The position numbers were made by a program, and so were the translations under genes. Shown piece by piece: positions 11,056 through 22,271 of a stretch of DNA of 64,000 nt. The stretch lies in contig JAQVBE010000009.1 of assembly GCA_028690445.1 (NCBI GenBank), positions 10,874 through 74,873 of the forward strand, given 5' to 3'. Below the pieces are notes generated by a model. The model saw nothing but the letters and a program-made list of their open reading frames with translations. It did no database searches and was not told the DNA's origin. The stretch comes from Aliarcobacter sp. Its GTDB lineage: Bacteria > Campylobacterota > Campylobacteria > Campylobacterales > Arcobacteraceae. Position 1 is the first letter of the stretch. Each line of letters begins with the position of its first letter.

Positions 11056-12174
11056 ATGCAAAAAGTATGGATATATTTAGAAAATGGGACTTTTTTAGAA
11101 GCGAAATCTTTTGGTGCAACGGGAACATCTGTTGGAGAAATAGTTTTTAATACATCATTAACTGGATACCAAGAAATTATTTCAGATCCGTCTTATGCTG
11201 GACAATTTATTACTTTTACAATGCCTGAAATTGGGAATATTGGAGTTAATGACAATGATATGGAAAGTAGAAAGTGCCATTGTAAAGGTGTATTAGTTAG
11301 AAATTATCATGCTGAATACTCTAATTATAGAGCACAAAATGATTTAGATTCACTTTTAAAAGAGCATGGAGTTTTAGGTATTTGTGAAATTGATACTAGA
11401 TATTTGACAAAAATGATTAGAGATGAAGGTGCTATGATGATGATAGCATCAACAGAAATTTCTGATAAAGATGAATTGGCAAAACAACTAAAAGCAAGTC
11501 CTAGAATTGAAGATATAAATTATATAGAAATAGTATCAACAAAAGAATCTTATGTACATAAATCAGGAGCTTGGAATCACTCTATTAAAGCATATGATAA
11601 AGCAGTTATGAGTGATAAAAAAGTTGTTGTTATTGACTTTGGAGTTAAAAGAAATATTTTAAATGAGCTTGTAAATGTTGGTTTAGAAGTAGAAGTTGTA
11701 CCATCAACATTTAAAGGTGAAGATTTAATAGCTAGATATGAAGCTAAAGAAATCGGTGGAGTATTTTTATCAAATGGTCCAGGTGATCCATTAACTTTAG
11801 TAAATGAGAAGAAAGAAGTACAAAAACTAATCGAGGCAAATATTCCGATGTTTGCTATTTGTTTAGGTCATCAAATGCTTTCTATTGCTCATGGATACGA
11901 TACTTATAAACTAAAATTTGGTCAACATGGTGGTAACCATCCAGTTGCTAATAATGGGGTTGTAGAAATCACTGCTCAAAATCATAACTATAATGTTCCT
12001 GATAATATTATAGAAATTGCAGATGTAACGCATGTAAATTTATTTGATAATACTATTGAAGGTGTTAAATATAAAAATAAAGAGATTTTCTCAGTTCAAC
12101 ATCACCCAGAAGCAAGTCCAGGTCCACATGAATCTAAATATATCTTCAAACAATTTGCAGATATTGTAAAATAG
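11056..12174 (+). CDS. carA: Carbamoyl-phosphate synthase small subunit
   Basis: GEIVFNTSLTGYQE, SNGPGDP, ICLGHQ, QHHPEASPGPH. Confidence 0.97.
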   Translation: MQKVWIYLENGTFLEAKSFGATGTSVGEIVFNTSLTGYQEIISDPSYAGQFITFTMPEIGNIGVNDNDMESRKCHCKGVLVRNYHAEYSNYRAQNDLDSLLKEHGVLGICEIDTRYLTKMIRDEGAMMMIASTEISDKDELAKQLKASPRIEDINYIEIVSTKESYVHKSGAWNHSIKAYDKAVMSDKKVVVIDFGVKRNILNELVNVGLEVEVVPSTFKGEDLIARYEAKEIGGVFLSNGPGDPLTLVNEKKEVQKLIEANIPMFAICLGHQMLSIAHGYDTYKLKFGQHGGNHPVANNGVVEITAQNHNYNVPDNIIEIADVTHVNLFDNTIEGVKYKNKEIFSVQHHPEASPGPHESKYIFKQFADIVK

Positions 12175-12181
12175 TTAAAAT

Positions 12182-12222
12182 AAAGAAAAAGGGGAAGTTA
12201 TATAAACTTCCCCTTTTTCTTT
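12182..12222. terminator. Bidirectional intrinsic terminator between carA and pgpA
   Basis: 18-bp perfect arms AAAGAAAAAGGGGAAGTT / AACTTCCCCTTTTTCTTT with a 5-nt loop. Confidence 0.88.
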
Positions 12223-12237
12223 TAATGAATTAAATTT

Positions 12238-12714
12238 TTATAAAATAAACTTCTCAATCAATTGATAAACTCCAGTCGTTGCAATTCCAGCAGCGATTCC
12301 TGCAAGAACATCATCTCCCATTACACCTAAACCACCTTTTACATCTCTATCTATTTTCCCAATAAATGATGGTTTCCAAATATCAAATAATCTAAAGAAA
12401 ATAAATGCAATTGGAGCCATAAATAAGATATTAGAGCTATTAATTCCGCAAATTGCAAGGGTTATCCACATTCCTACTAATTCATCAATCACTATCTCTT
12501 TCCCATCGTGAATACCAACTTCTTTTTCATAAATATCTATTTGTTTTATAGCAATTACTGTAATTAATAAAGACAATAAAAATAGAGTTGAGGGATGAAG
12601 AAATTCAAGTAAAAATAATCCGATAATTAAAGATACAAAAGAACCCACAGTTCCAGGCGCTTTTGGACTTAATCCACTAAATCCTACGGTTAGGAAAAAT
12701 TTTCTAAAATTCAT
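12238..12714 (-). CDS. pgpA: Phosphatidylglycerophosphatase A
   Basis: GLSPKAPGTVGS, IVIDELVGM, FRLFDIWKP, GVMGDD. Confidence 0.93.
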   Translation of the reverse strand: MNFRKFFLTVGFSGLSPKAPGTVGSFVSLIIGLFLLEFLHPSTLFLLSLLITVIAIKQIDIYEKEVGIHDGKEIVIDELVGMWITLAICGINSSNILFMAPIAFIFFRLFDIWKPSFIGKIDRDVKGGLGVMGDDVLAGIAAGIATTGVYQLIEKFIL

Positions 12715-12723
12715 AAAATATCC

Positions 12724-13626
12724 TTATTTTTTCTTTTCAATATCTAGTTTTTTTCTTTTTTCCCAAAGAGATTTTCTTGAAATTCCTAGTTTTTTAGATA
12801 ATTCAGTATCTGGATATTTATTTTGATAAGAAACAACCATCATTTTTACATAATCATTTATTGTCATTATATTTGAATTACCAATTAGTTGGTTTTCATT
12901 ATTAAACTCGATTTTTCTATATGGGAATTCAAGTTCTGTTTCCAAAGTTGAAACTATACAATTTTTATCTTCAATAAATTTAATAACATTTTCTTTAACA
13001 TTCTTCTTCAAAGTGTGAAAATCTGTTAGATAAATAATTGATTTTCCTTGTATTGCGTTTATTTGTTTTAGCCAAGATGTTGATGTTAAAGAGATAAAAT
13101 TAATTGGTAAATCCATTTTTCTTGATAGTTCAAAAACTAATTTATCAGCACATTTTTGAGAGTTTGATTCTATTAAAGTTGGAAACGATGGAGGTAATAA
13201 CACATCTGTTGTATCAATATCAGTCATTGTAAATTCAAAATATTCTCTTAATGTTTGTAACTCTCTTTTTAGACTTCTACAATCTTTATAGTGATAAATT
13301 TTTCTAATTAGTTCATCCATAATAAATGGTTTCATAATATAATCTTTTGCACCATCTTTAATTGGATTTGTAACAGTTTCATCAGAAATATAAGAAACTA
13401 AAAGAAGAATGATAGAGTTTTCTGAGTATTTTTTTATGATATTTTTACATAATGCAGATGGTAAAGAGGTTGATAAAAGTATTGTGTCATAATCTTTTGT
13501 GAGATTGTCAATATTTGGTGATTCAATATAATCACAACTATGCCCATCATCAAGCAGTCTTGACACAACTTTTTGTGCAAGATAAATCTCATTTTCAATA
13601 ATTAATATGTTCATTTTTGTTTCCAA
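12724..13626 (-). CDS. Atypical response regulator (pseudo-receiver plus C-terminal Fis-type HTH)
   Basis: Receiver-like N-terminus with ILLST in place of ILLD; GAKDYIMKPF; LGISRKSLWEKRKK HTH; ispDF-RR-pgpA synteny as in Campylobacter. Confidence 0.75.
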   Translation of the reverse strand: METKMNILIIENEIYLAQKVVSRLLDDGHSCDYIESPNIDNLTKDYDTILLSTSLPSALCKNIIKKYSENSIILLLVSYISDETVTNPIKDGAKDYIMKPFIMDELIRKIYHYKDCRSLKRELQTLREYFEFTMTDIDTTDVLLPPSFPTLIESNSQKCADKLVFELSRKMDLPINFISLTSTSWLKQINAIQGKSIIYLTDFHTLKKNVKENVIKFIEDKNCIVSTLETELEFPYRKIEFNNENQLIGNSNIMTINDYVKMMVVSYQNKYPDTELSKKLGISRKSLWEKRKKLDIEKKK

Positions 13627-14738
13627 TTATAATATTTCAATGTAGCAATACTTTGTACAGCCACACCTTCTGCACGACCAATAAATCCCATTTTTTCAGC
13701 AGTTGTTGCTTTTACATTTATAAATTGTTTTTCGATATTCAATAACGAAGCTAAAGAATTCTTTATATCATGTTTAAATGGATTAATTTTTGGTTTTTGA
13801 GCGATTATTGTTGTATCAATATTTACAATTTCATAACCAACATTATAAATAAATCTGACAATATGTTCTAATAAAAGTTTTGAATCAATACCTTTATATT
13901 TTTCGTCGGTATCAGGGAAAAACTCCCCAATATCTCCAGCTCCACAAGCTCCTAAAAGTGCATCAATAATAGAATGAATTAAAACATCACCATCGCTGTG
14001 AGCTTTAAAACCAAACTCATAAGGAAGTTTTACTCCACCTAAAAACATCTCTTTATTATCTTCAAAGGCATGAATATCAAAACCCGTTCCTGTAAAAAAG
14101 TTTTTTGATGGCTCTTTTAAACAAGAAAGTTCGTTTAGTTCGTTTCCAAGGGTTAGTTTTTTACTTTCATTACTTCCTTGAATATATTTGATAGTCCCAT
14201 TAATTGCTTTAATAGCAGAACTTTCATCTGTAAATTCAGTTTGCGTATCTAAGGCTTTTATTAAAGTTGAAGTAAGGGAAAGTTGTGGAGTTTGAATTAG
14301 TTTTACACTATTTCTATTTATAGTATTTGTTTCATAAATTACTGTATCTGTTACATTTAAAACAGGAACTATACAATCTGCATTTTCTTTTTCATCTAAA
14401 AGGTTTTTAATTACACTTTGGGGAATACAAGCTCGTGCTACATCGCTTATCATTACAAATTTTGTTGTTACAAATTCTAAGCAGTTTAAAATAGATTTTT
14501 GTCTACTATCTCCACCTTTTACAAAAATAAAATTATCAGTGAAGTTTTTCATATAATTCAATTCATCTTCATGGGAAGCCACGATAATTTTATTAAATTG
14601 TGAAAATGAAGCTAATCTTTTTGTGACATTTAGCCATAAAGGTTCATTTTCTATTCTAATCCATTGCTTTTTTGTTTTATGCTCAAATCTTGAAGAATTT
14701 CCAGCGCATAAAACAATGAGAGTAACATCTAACAACAA
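13611..14738 (-). CDS. ispDF: Bifunctional IspD/IspF
   Basis: CAGNSSRF...KQWI (IspD) and GTGFDIHAF, HSDGDVLIH, VKATTAEKMG (IspF). Confidence 0.95.
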   Translation of the reverse strand: MLLDVTLIVLCAGNSSRFEHKTKKQWIRIENEPLWLNVTKRLASFSQFNKIIVASHEDELNYMKNFTDNFIFVKGGDSRQKSILNCLEFVTTKFVMISDVARACIPQSVIKNLLDEKENADCIVPVLNVTDTVIYETNTINRNSVKLIQTPQLSLTSTLIKALDTQTEFTDESSAIKAINGTIKYIQGSNESKKLTLGNELNELSCLKEPSKNFFTGTGFDIHAFEDNKEMFLGGVKLPYEFGFKAHSDGDVLIHSIIDALLGACGAGDIGEFFPDTDEKYKGIDSKLLLEHIVRFIYNVGYEIVNIDTTIIAQKPKINPFKHDIKNSLASLLNIEKQFINVKATTAEKMGFIGRAEGVAVQSIATLKYYNWKQK

Positions 14739-14794
14739 AAACCCCTTTGTGTAAAAAAGTTACAGATTATAGTATATACTTACTTATGCATAAG

Positions 14795-15616
14795 TTAAGA
14801 ATTTTGATTAATTACTTCTTTTATAACATCAATAGAATTTACAAAATGCTCAATATCAAAACCATATAAACTAACTTTTTCTAGTGCCTTATGAATATTG
14901 TTATCACTTAATGGATAACGAATGTCGCATAATATTTTGATAATTTCTAAAATTTGAGCTTTTGTTTTAAATTCATTAGGGCAAGATTCAATATTCTCAG
15001 TAAAGGCAATAGGAATAATTATATTTGGGCTTATATTCCATTGTTTAAAAATATTTGCAGTAATTCTTGCACAAGTGTATCCTGTAAATTTCTTTTCACA
15101 AAATGTAGTATCTTTTGTTTCTTCCAATTCAATTAAAAATTCTTCAGATTTTCTATTTTTTTGTATTACTTCTGAGATAATAAATTTACCAACTTCTTGC
15201 AAAAATGCAGGCAGAAGTAACTCATTCCTCAAATCAAGATTTATATTTGAAACCCAAGTATTTACTATATTGCTAGCTAATGCACTAGAGAAAAGAAAAT
15301 CTTCATTTTTTACAGCATAGGCTAATAAATTACTATTTATTGTATTTTGAACCGCACAGCCAATAGCAATTGAAATTGTAAAATTTATTCCAAGTAAATT
15401 TATTGCTCTACTTAATGTTTCAATTTTACTTTTAAATCCAAACATACTTGAATTGGCAATTTTTAAAATGGTTACTATCATTAAAGGGTCTTCTTCAATA
15501 ATAGAAATTAATTTCATAACATCAGTATTTCCAATGCTTTTATATTTTTCAAGTTCAATTACACTTGAGGGAAGTGGCGGTAAAGAGTTTATCTCTTCAA
15601 TTAAATTTTTTTTCAT
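14795..15616 (-). CDS. Stand-alone HDOD-domain protein
   Basis: LPPLP, IEEDPLM..ILKIANS..FG, AINLLG, LPAFLQEVGK. Confidence 0.85.
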   Translation of the reverse strand: MKKNLIEEINSLPPLPSSVIELEKYKSIGNTDVMKLISIIEEDPLMIVTILKIANSSMFGFKSKIETLSRAINLLGINFTISIAIGCAVQNTINSNLLAYAVKNEDFLFSSALASNIVNTWVSNINLDLRNELLLPAFLQEVGKFIISEVIQKNRKSEEFLIELEETKDTTFCEKKFTGYTCARITANIFKQWNISPNIIIPIAFTENIESCPNEFKTKAQILEIIKILCDIRYPLSDNNIHKALEKVSLYGFDIEHFVNSIDVIKEVINQNS

Positions 15617-15621
15617 AAATA

Positions 15622-17601
15622 TTAATACTTTATATTAATTTCGTTATCTTCATTACTCAGAAGATTATATTTTATATCTTTTTCTTTTAAATCATTTAAT
15701 ACTTTATAAATATTTTTTCTAATAAAAACTTCATTTTCATCTAGAACTAATAAAAAATTTGCTTTATAAATAGTTGTAAAAATGAATCTTATAATATATC
15801 TTGATAAAATAATCTGATGTTCTTCAAAACCTGCTTCTAAAATAGTTGATTTTTGAGTGGTTTTTAAAATAGTAGTTTCACATAAACCATGAAATATAGT
15901 ATTTGAGATAAAACTTTCTAAAGAAGATTTTATATCATTTATTAAAGTATTTTGATTAATTTTATTTTTGATTGTTAAAAATCCATTTTCTAAACTTTTG
16001 TATTTATTTTTTAAAAATTCTTCTAAAATCAAATCTGTTGATAACTGAATATTATTTAAAATCTTAGCGTTTATTTGATTGTATTCATTATGAAGAATTT
16101 CTAAACCATTAATTTGTATAAAAGTGGAATATAACTCTTTTGCTTTTTCTAAATCTATTTGATTTGTAGAATAAAAAAGAGAAAAACTTAAATATATTTT
16201 TGAATAAACAGACAATAAATGAGAAGCAATTTTATACTCATTTACATAAATATAAATTTTAGTTAAAACATCTTCTATTTCTGAATTATATTTACAGTTA
16301 ATTGATTTATTTATACATAGATCAAAAATCGCCAATTTAAAATATTCGTGATAATCATTTTTTATAGGATTATATTGTGTGAGTATTTGAGCAATATGAT
16401 AATATTTATAAATAGGAATATTATCATCAAAATATAAAAGTTGAAAAATTATTTCAATATTTATATTTGTTAAATTATCTTGTGAAAAAATTAAGTCATT
16501 AATAACTAAATGATAATCAAGTTTATTCATAAAATCTCGATTCCCTTCATAAGAAGTTAAAAGAGAATTTAAAAGATTATTTTGAAACTCCTCTTGATTT
16601 TGTGCAATTACTTCACTATGAAGATATAAACTAAATTTTTTATAATAAAATCTTAAAATTTTTTGGAAGTATTCCGACTCAAAATATAAATTTTCATCAA
16701 GGTTAGATTTTAAATCTTTTATTAAATTTAAAATCAAAATAGAAGAATTCTTCCTAAATATAAGAAATTCAAAAGAATCTATATTTTTATTCCCGAAATT
16801 ACTATCTTTTGATAAGATATAACCATCTTCATATCTTTCAAGAACTAACAAATATTTTTTAAAAGTAGTTTTTAAATCATTTATATCAATTTTAATATCG
16901 TCATAAGAAAAGTAATATAAATATCTTCCTTGAATGTTGTTTAGCTGATTTAACTTATTTTTATCAAGTAAAATAGTAAATTTTATGATACTTATAGATT
17001 CTGTTATTAAATCAATAAAAAATTGAATAGATTTTTTTGCAATAAAATCAATGGCATTAAAACTACATATTAATATAATAATTTTCAGTAAAAGAATATA
17101 AAAATCAAAAGCTAGAGAAAATGATTTTTCATCTTCTGAAAATAACTCTTGTAATTTTATTTCGTAATATCTAAATAAGTTAGAAAGAGCGTTAAAATCG
17201 TAATTGTTATAAGACTCTAAAATTTTCTCATTTGTTCCAATACTTAAAATATGTAAAATAATATTAATATCTTTAAAAAAATAAATTGAGTCTTTTTTTG
17301 TAATATTTGAAATCTTTTTTTCAATATAGAGATTTATGTTTTCTTTGAATGTAAGATTATTTAAAAATAAATTTTCTAAATCCTCTGGAATTTTTTCTTT
17401 TTTTATAAATAAAGTTTCAATGAAATTAATAGTATATAAGATGTTTTTTTCAATAGAACTTATTAGTTGGTTGTCATTTTCTAAAATATTATATTTCTCT
17501 AATATGAAATCTATTTCTTTTATACAATCTTGTTGTTCTAATTCTTTCTTTGTATAAAAAGAAAAAGAAGTGGAGTTAATAGAATTTTTATCAATAATCA
17601 C
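15622..17601 (-). CDS. Hypothetical 659-aa protein
   Basis: Long AT-rich ORF ending 5 bp before the HDOD gene; no recognised family. Confidence 0.7.
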   Translation of the reverse strand: MIIDKNSINSTSFSFYTKKELEQQDCIKEIDFILEKYNILENDNQLISSIEKNILYTINFIETLFIKKEKIPEDLENLFLNNLTFKENINLYIEKKISNITKKDSIYFFKDINIILHILSIGTNEKILESYNNYDFNALSNLFRYYEIKLQELFSEDEKSFSLAFDFYILLLKIIILICSFNAIDFIAKKSIQFFIDLITESISIIKFTILLDKNKLNQLNNIQGRYLYYFSYDDIKIDINDLKTTFKKYLLVLERYEDGYILSKDSNFGNKNIDSFEFLIFRKNSSILILNLIKDLKSNLDENLYFESEYFQKILRFYYKKFSLYLHSEVIAQNQEEFQNNLLNSLLTSYEGNRDFMNKLDYHLVINDLIFSQDNLTNINIEIIFQLLYFDDNIPIYKYYHIAQILTQYNPIKNDYHEYFKLAIFDLCINKSINCKYNSEIEDVLTKIYIYVNEYKIASHLLSVYSKIYLSFSLFYSTNQIDLEKAKELYSTFIQINGLEILHNEYNQINAKILNNIQLSTDLILEEFLKNKYKSLENGFLTIKNKINQNTLINDIKSSLESFISNTIFHGLCETTILKTTQKSTILEAGFEEHQIILSRYIIRFIFTTIYKANFLLVLDENEVFIRKNIYKVLNDLKEKDIKYNLLSNEDNEINIKY

Positions 17602-17742
17602 TACTACTCCTATCGTATATTTACTTTTATTATATAGAAAAGAAACTTATACAAATAATAATTTCAAATTAAGGGAAGAATTAAGATTCTCTAAATATTT
17701 TTAGCTATAATCGATTTACATTTCAAATATAATAAACTATAG

Positions 17743-19104
<1,362 letters not shown>

Positions 19105-19116
19105 TTTTTAAATTTT

Positions 19117-20067
19117 TTATGAAGTATATATCTCAATATTTGGATATATACTTTCTAATTTTTTTCTTTCAATTTCTGGCATAACAAAAACTGCTGTTGA
19201 TAGAGCATCTGCTAAAGTTGCATTTGGTGCTTTTACTGTTACAGAGTTTAGATAATTTGCGCTAGTTCCCGTTTTTGTATCAAATAAATGATGATGGTTT
19301 TCATCAAATTTTGTTCCGTATCCTCCTGAACTTGCAATTGCTGAATTATTTAATTTTAAATATTCGATATTATCTAAATAAGGTGTTGCAATATTCCAGT
19401 CTCTGTTTTCATCATATCCTCCAATACTATTGAATTCCCCTAAGTTTATAAGTATATTTGTAAAGCCTTTTTCTTTTAAAATATTTGTAATTTTATCTGT
19501 AAGATATCCTTGTGCAATACCATTTAAAGTAATTTTTACACCTTTTTGCTTAAAAGAAATTTCATTATTGGATATTGAAATATTTTTATATGAAACTAAT
19601 TGTTTTACTTTTTGTATCTCTTCTTTTAATTTATTAATATCTTTATTGTTTTTATTTCTAAAAAAATTTGCATGAGTTATCCATAAAGGTTGAACGCTTA
19701 TATCAAAAGCCCCATTTGTATTTTCAGAGATAGTATTTGCAAAATTTAAAATTTCTACTAGCTCTTTTGGAGGATTCTTTAAGTAAGAGGTTTTGTTTAA
19801 TTCAGATATGAAAGAGGTTTCATTAAAAAGTGAAAATATTTTCTCTAATCTTACAATTTCACTTATACAAATATTTAAAGTGTTTTTTGCAAAAGTTATA
19901 TCTTTATGAAAAAGTGTCATATTCGCTTGATTTCCTAATGCTACGCCTTCCCAAGTAATTTTATTTTGGGTATTTGCAAATAGGGAATTTGAATAAAAAG
20001 GTAGAGCTAAACTCATAGCTGTAATATTTAAAAATTTTCTTCTTGTGATTTTAGACATTTTTTTCAC
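19117..20067 (-). CDS. FAD:protein FMN transferase (ApbE/NosX family) with Tat signal
   Basis: SKITRRKFL Tat motif; LNGIAQGY, ASSGGYG, HHLFD.KTG, ADALSTA. Confidence 0.88.
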   Translation of the reverse strand: MKKMSKITRRKFLNITAMSLALPFYSNSLFANTQNKITWEGVALGNQANMTLFHKDITFAKNTLNICISEIVRLEKIFSLFNETSFISELNKTSYLKNPPKELVEILNFANTISENTNGAFDISVQPLWITHANFFRNKNNKDINKLKEEIQKVKQLVSYKNISISNNEISFKQKGVKITLNGIAQGYLTDKITNILKEKGFTNILINLGEFNSIGGYDENRDWNIATPYLDNIEYLKLNNSAIASSGGYGTKFDENHHHLFDTKTGTSANYLNSVTVKAPNATLADALSTAVFVMPEIERKKLESIYPNIEIYTS

Positions 20068-20090
20068 TCCATTTTGATATTTTTATATTT

Positions 20091-20130
20091 TTCCCTTCTT
20101 TTCCCTTCTTTTTCATTCTTTTTCATTCTT
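20091..20130. repeat. Two adjacent 10-bp tandem duplications at the nosR 3' end
   Basis: (TTCCCTTCTT)x2 followed by (TTTCATTCTT)x2. Confidence 0.9.
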
Positions 20131-22083
20131 AATCAAAATTTTACATAAATTCTTATCACTATAAATTTGAACACAATCCATACATTGAAAACAATCACTA
20201 TATTTGATATGACCATCTTTTTTATCGATCGCTTGATAATTACAGCTTTTATGGCAATTATTACAAGGATTTCCGCATTCATATCTTCGTGGTAACCAAT
20301 TTAAGATTCGCAGTTTTCCAACTATTGAGAAGAATGCTCCTAATGGGCAAAAATATCTACAAAATCCTTTAAATAAAAACATTCCTAAAAACAACCAAAA
20401 TAGGGCATAAATAATATATGGAATTTCTCTATCAAAGATTAAGGTAATAGATGTTTTAAAAGGTTCTATCTCTATTAAAAACTCAGTAATTTTTGGTGCA
20501 AATATTACTGATAAAATAAGAGTAGCTAAAATAAAATATTTTATATATACAAGTTTATTATTTAGATCTTCTGATATTCTAATTTTTGGGAAATTAAGTA
20601 TTCTTCCAAGAAAATGTGAAAATTCTTGTAAAACTCCGTAAGGACAAAGCCAACCGCAAAAAGTTCCTCTGCCCCAAATAACAAGTGAAAAAAGGTCGTA
20701 TAATAAAAAGCTCAAACTTTGAGAATTTACAATAGCTTTTATAACGCCCAAGAGCATAACCATGCTTAACTGACCTTGATTGATCCATCCTATGAAAAAT
20801 AAAGCAATAAGTAAAAGAATAGTTCTTTTATATCTTAATTTAGAAAGAATAACTTGATATTTATAAAGAATAATAAATAAAGAACTCAAAAATATTACTA
20901 AAGAAATTAGTTTTATCTTTTGTTCATATATTGATGTAAGCCAAAGAGGAGTCTCTTTTAGTTCCTCTTGCTTTTTAAAATATTTTTTTACAGGCTCAAT
21001 ATTAAAAGTTAGATATTTAGCTGTAGGAACTAAAAATATACTATCCTCTCCTCTTACTATTTTCATATTTAAAGTCCATGAAGATGAGGGATCAAAGTTA
21101 TATCTTTTGTCAATTTCTAAAATAATAGCTTGTTCAAAGTTTGGAATATCTCTTGAAAATTCTATTAGATAATCTCCATCTAAAATATTTAAGCTAAATT
21201 CATCTTGTTTTATTTCTAATTCATCAGGAGATGAGCGAGGAATGAATTTTGAAGTTAAAAATTGGAATGGTCCATTTGCAAATATTAAAATAGCCTCATT
21301 TGTCTCTCCTAGATGTCCATCAAGACTTTTTAGTGTAGATTCTTTAAGTAAATTCTTTGAAACAGTAGGAATGGTTAAATCTGTAATATATAAGTCTAGT
21401 GCTATTTCCTCTTTTTCTTCATTTGAGAGCTCAATTTTATGTGGGGTATTATCAAATAAATTTTCTATTTGAGCTTTTGTTATTTTGATATTTGTAATTA
21501 ATTTATTATTTAATAATTCATTCCACGAGAGTTTTTCAAAGAGCTCTTTGTTGGGATGATATATCTGTTTTGGGGCAACACTCATTAGTTTTTCTTTTGC
21601 AACTTGTACAGTTGAACCTAATATTATATCATTTGCAATTTTAACAGAAGCAGTCGCTTTTGAAACGCCATCAATGTGAATGGAACTTGTTTGATTTTTG
21701 GAAGTACCTATTTTAATACTATCTTTTAATGATTTTCCTTTATATTGGGTTAAAAACTTTTTGAAAGGTTCAATCCCAATTCCTGATATAAAAACAGGTT
21801 CATCTTGTTCTAAAATATGAATTTCCAAGAATTTACCTTCTAAGTCTATACTAACAAGTAGATTCATCTTCCCACCAGAGAAACCAGCTATGGGAGCATA
21901 ATCAAAAGTTTCGAAAATATAAGAGTTTAATTTATTATTTTCATCTAATATTTCCCAAACAGGAATATTTATATCTTTTTCTCCTAATTTTAAAGGAGCT
22001 TTGATAAATGTAGATATCTGTTCTTTTGTCATTGAAGCATTTGTATATATGCAAAGTAAAACTATAAAGAAAAAATGAAACAT
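20113..22083 (-). CDS. NosR/NirI-family FMN-binding, 4Fe-4S membrane protein
   Basis: FMN-site-like DGVSKATAS; WGRGTFCGWLCPYG, FCRYFCPLG, CNNCHKSC, CFQCMDC. Confidence 0.88.
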   Translation of the reverse strand: MFHFFFIVLLCIYTNASMTKEQISTFIKAPLKLGEKDINIPVWEILDENNKLNSYIFETFDYAPIAGFSGGKMNLLVSIDLEGKFLEIHILEQDEPVFISGIGIEPFKKFLTQYKGKSLKDSIKIGTSKNQTSSIHIDGVSKATASVKIANDIILGSTVQVAKEKLMSVAPKQIYHPNKELFEKLSWNELLNNKLITNIKITKAQIENLFDNTPHKIELSNEEKEEIALDLYITDLTIPTVSKNLLKESTLKSLDGHLGETNEAILIFANGPFQFLTSKFIPRSSPDELEIKQDEFSLNILDGDYLIEFSRDIPNFEQAIILEIDKRYNFDPSSSWTLNMKIVRGEDSIFLVPTAKYLTFNIEPVKKYFKKQEELKETPLWLTSIYEQKIKLISLVIFLSSLFIILYKYQVILSKLRYKRTILLLIALFFIGWINQGQLSMVMLLGVIKAIVNSQSLSFLLYDLFSLVIWGRGTFCGWLCPYGVLQEFSHFLGRILNFPKIRISEDLNNKLVYIKYFILATLILSVIFAPKITEFLIEIEPFKTSITLIFDREIPYIIYALFWLFLGMFLFKGFCRYFCPLGAFFSIVGKLRILNWLPRRYECGNPCNNCHKSCNYQAIDKKDGHIKYSDCFQCMDCVQIYSDKNLCKILIKNEKE

Positions 22084-22271
22084 AATATTTTTATTCCTTT
22101 ATTAAATAAAATAAATTCTATAGTAAATATATAGCCTGCATATAGCATAAATATTTATAAATTCTAGGGTACAATAGAATCATTAAAATTAAATAGCTAA
22201 TCAATTAAGATAAGAATTATCCTATTTAAAATATAATGCACTAAATAAAAAAATTGTAAAGGAATTTTTAT

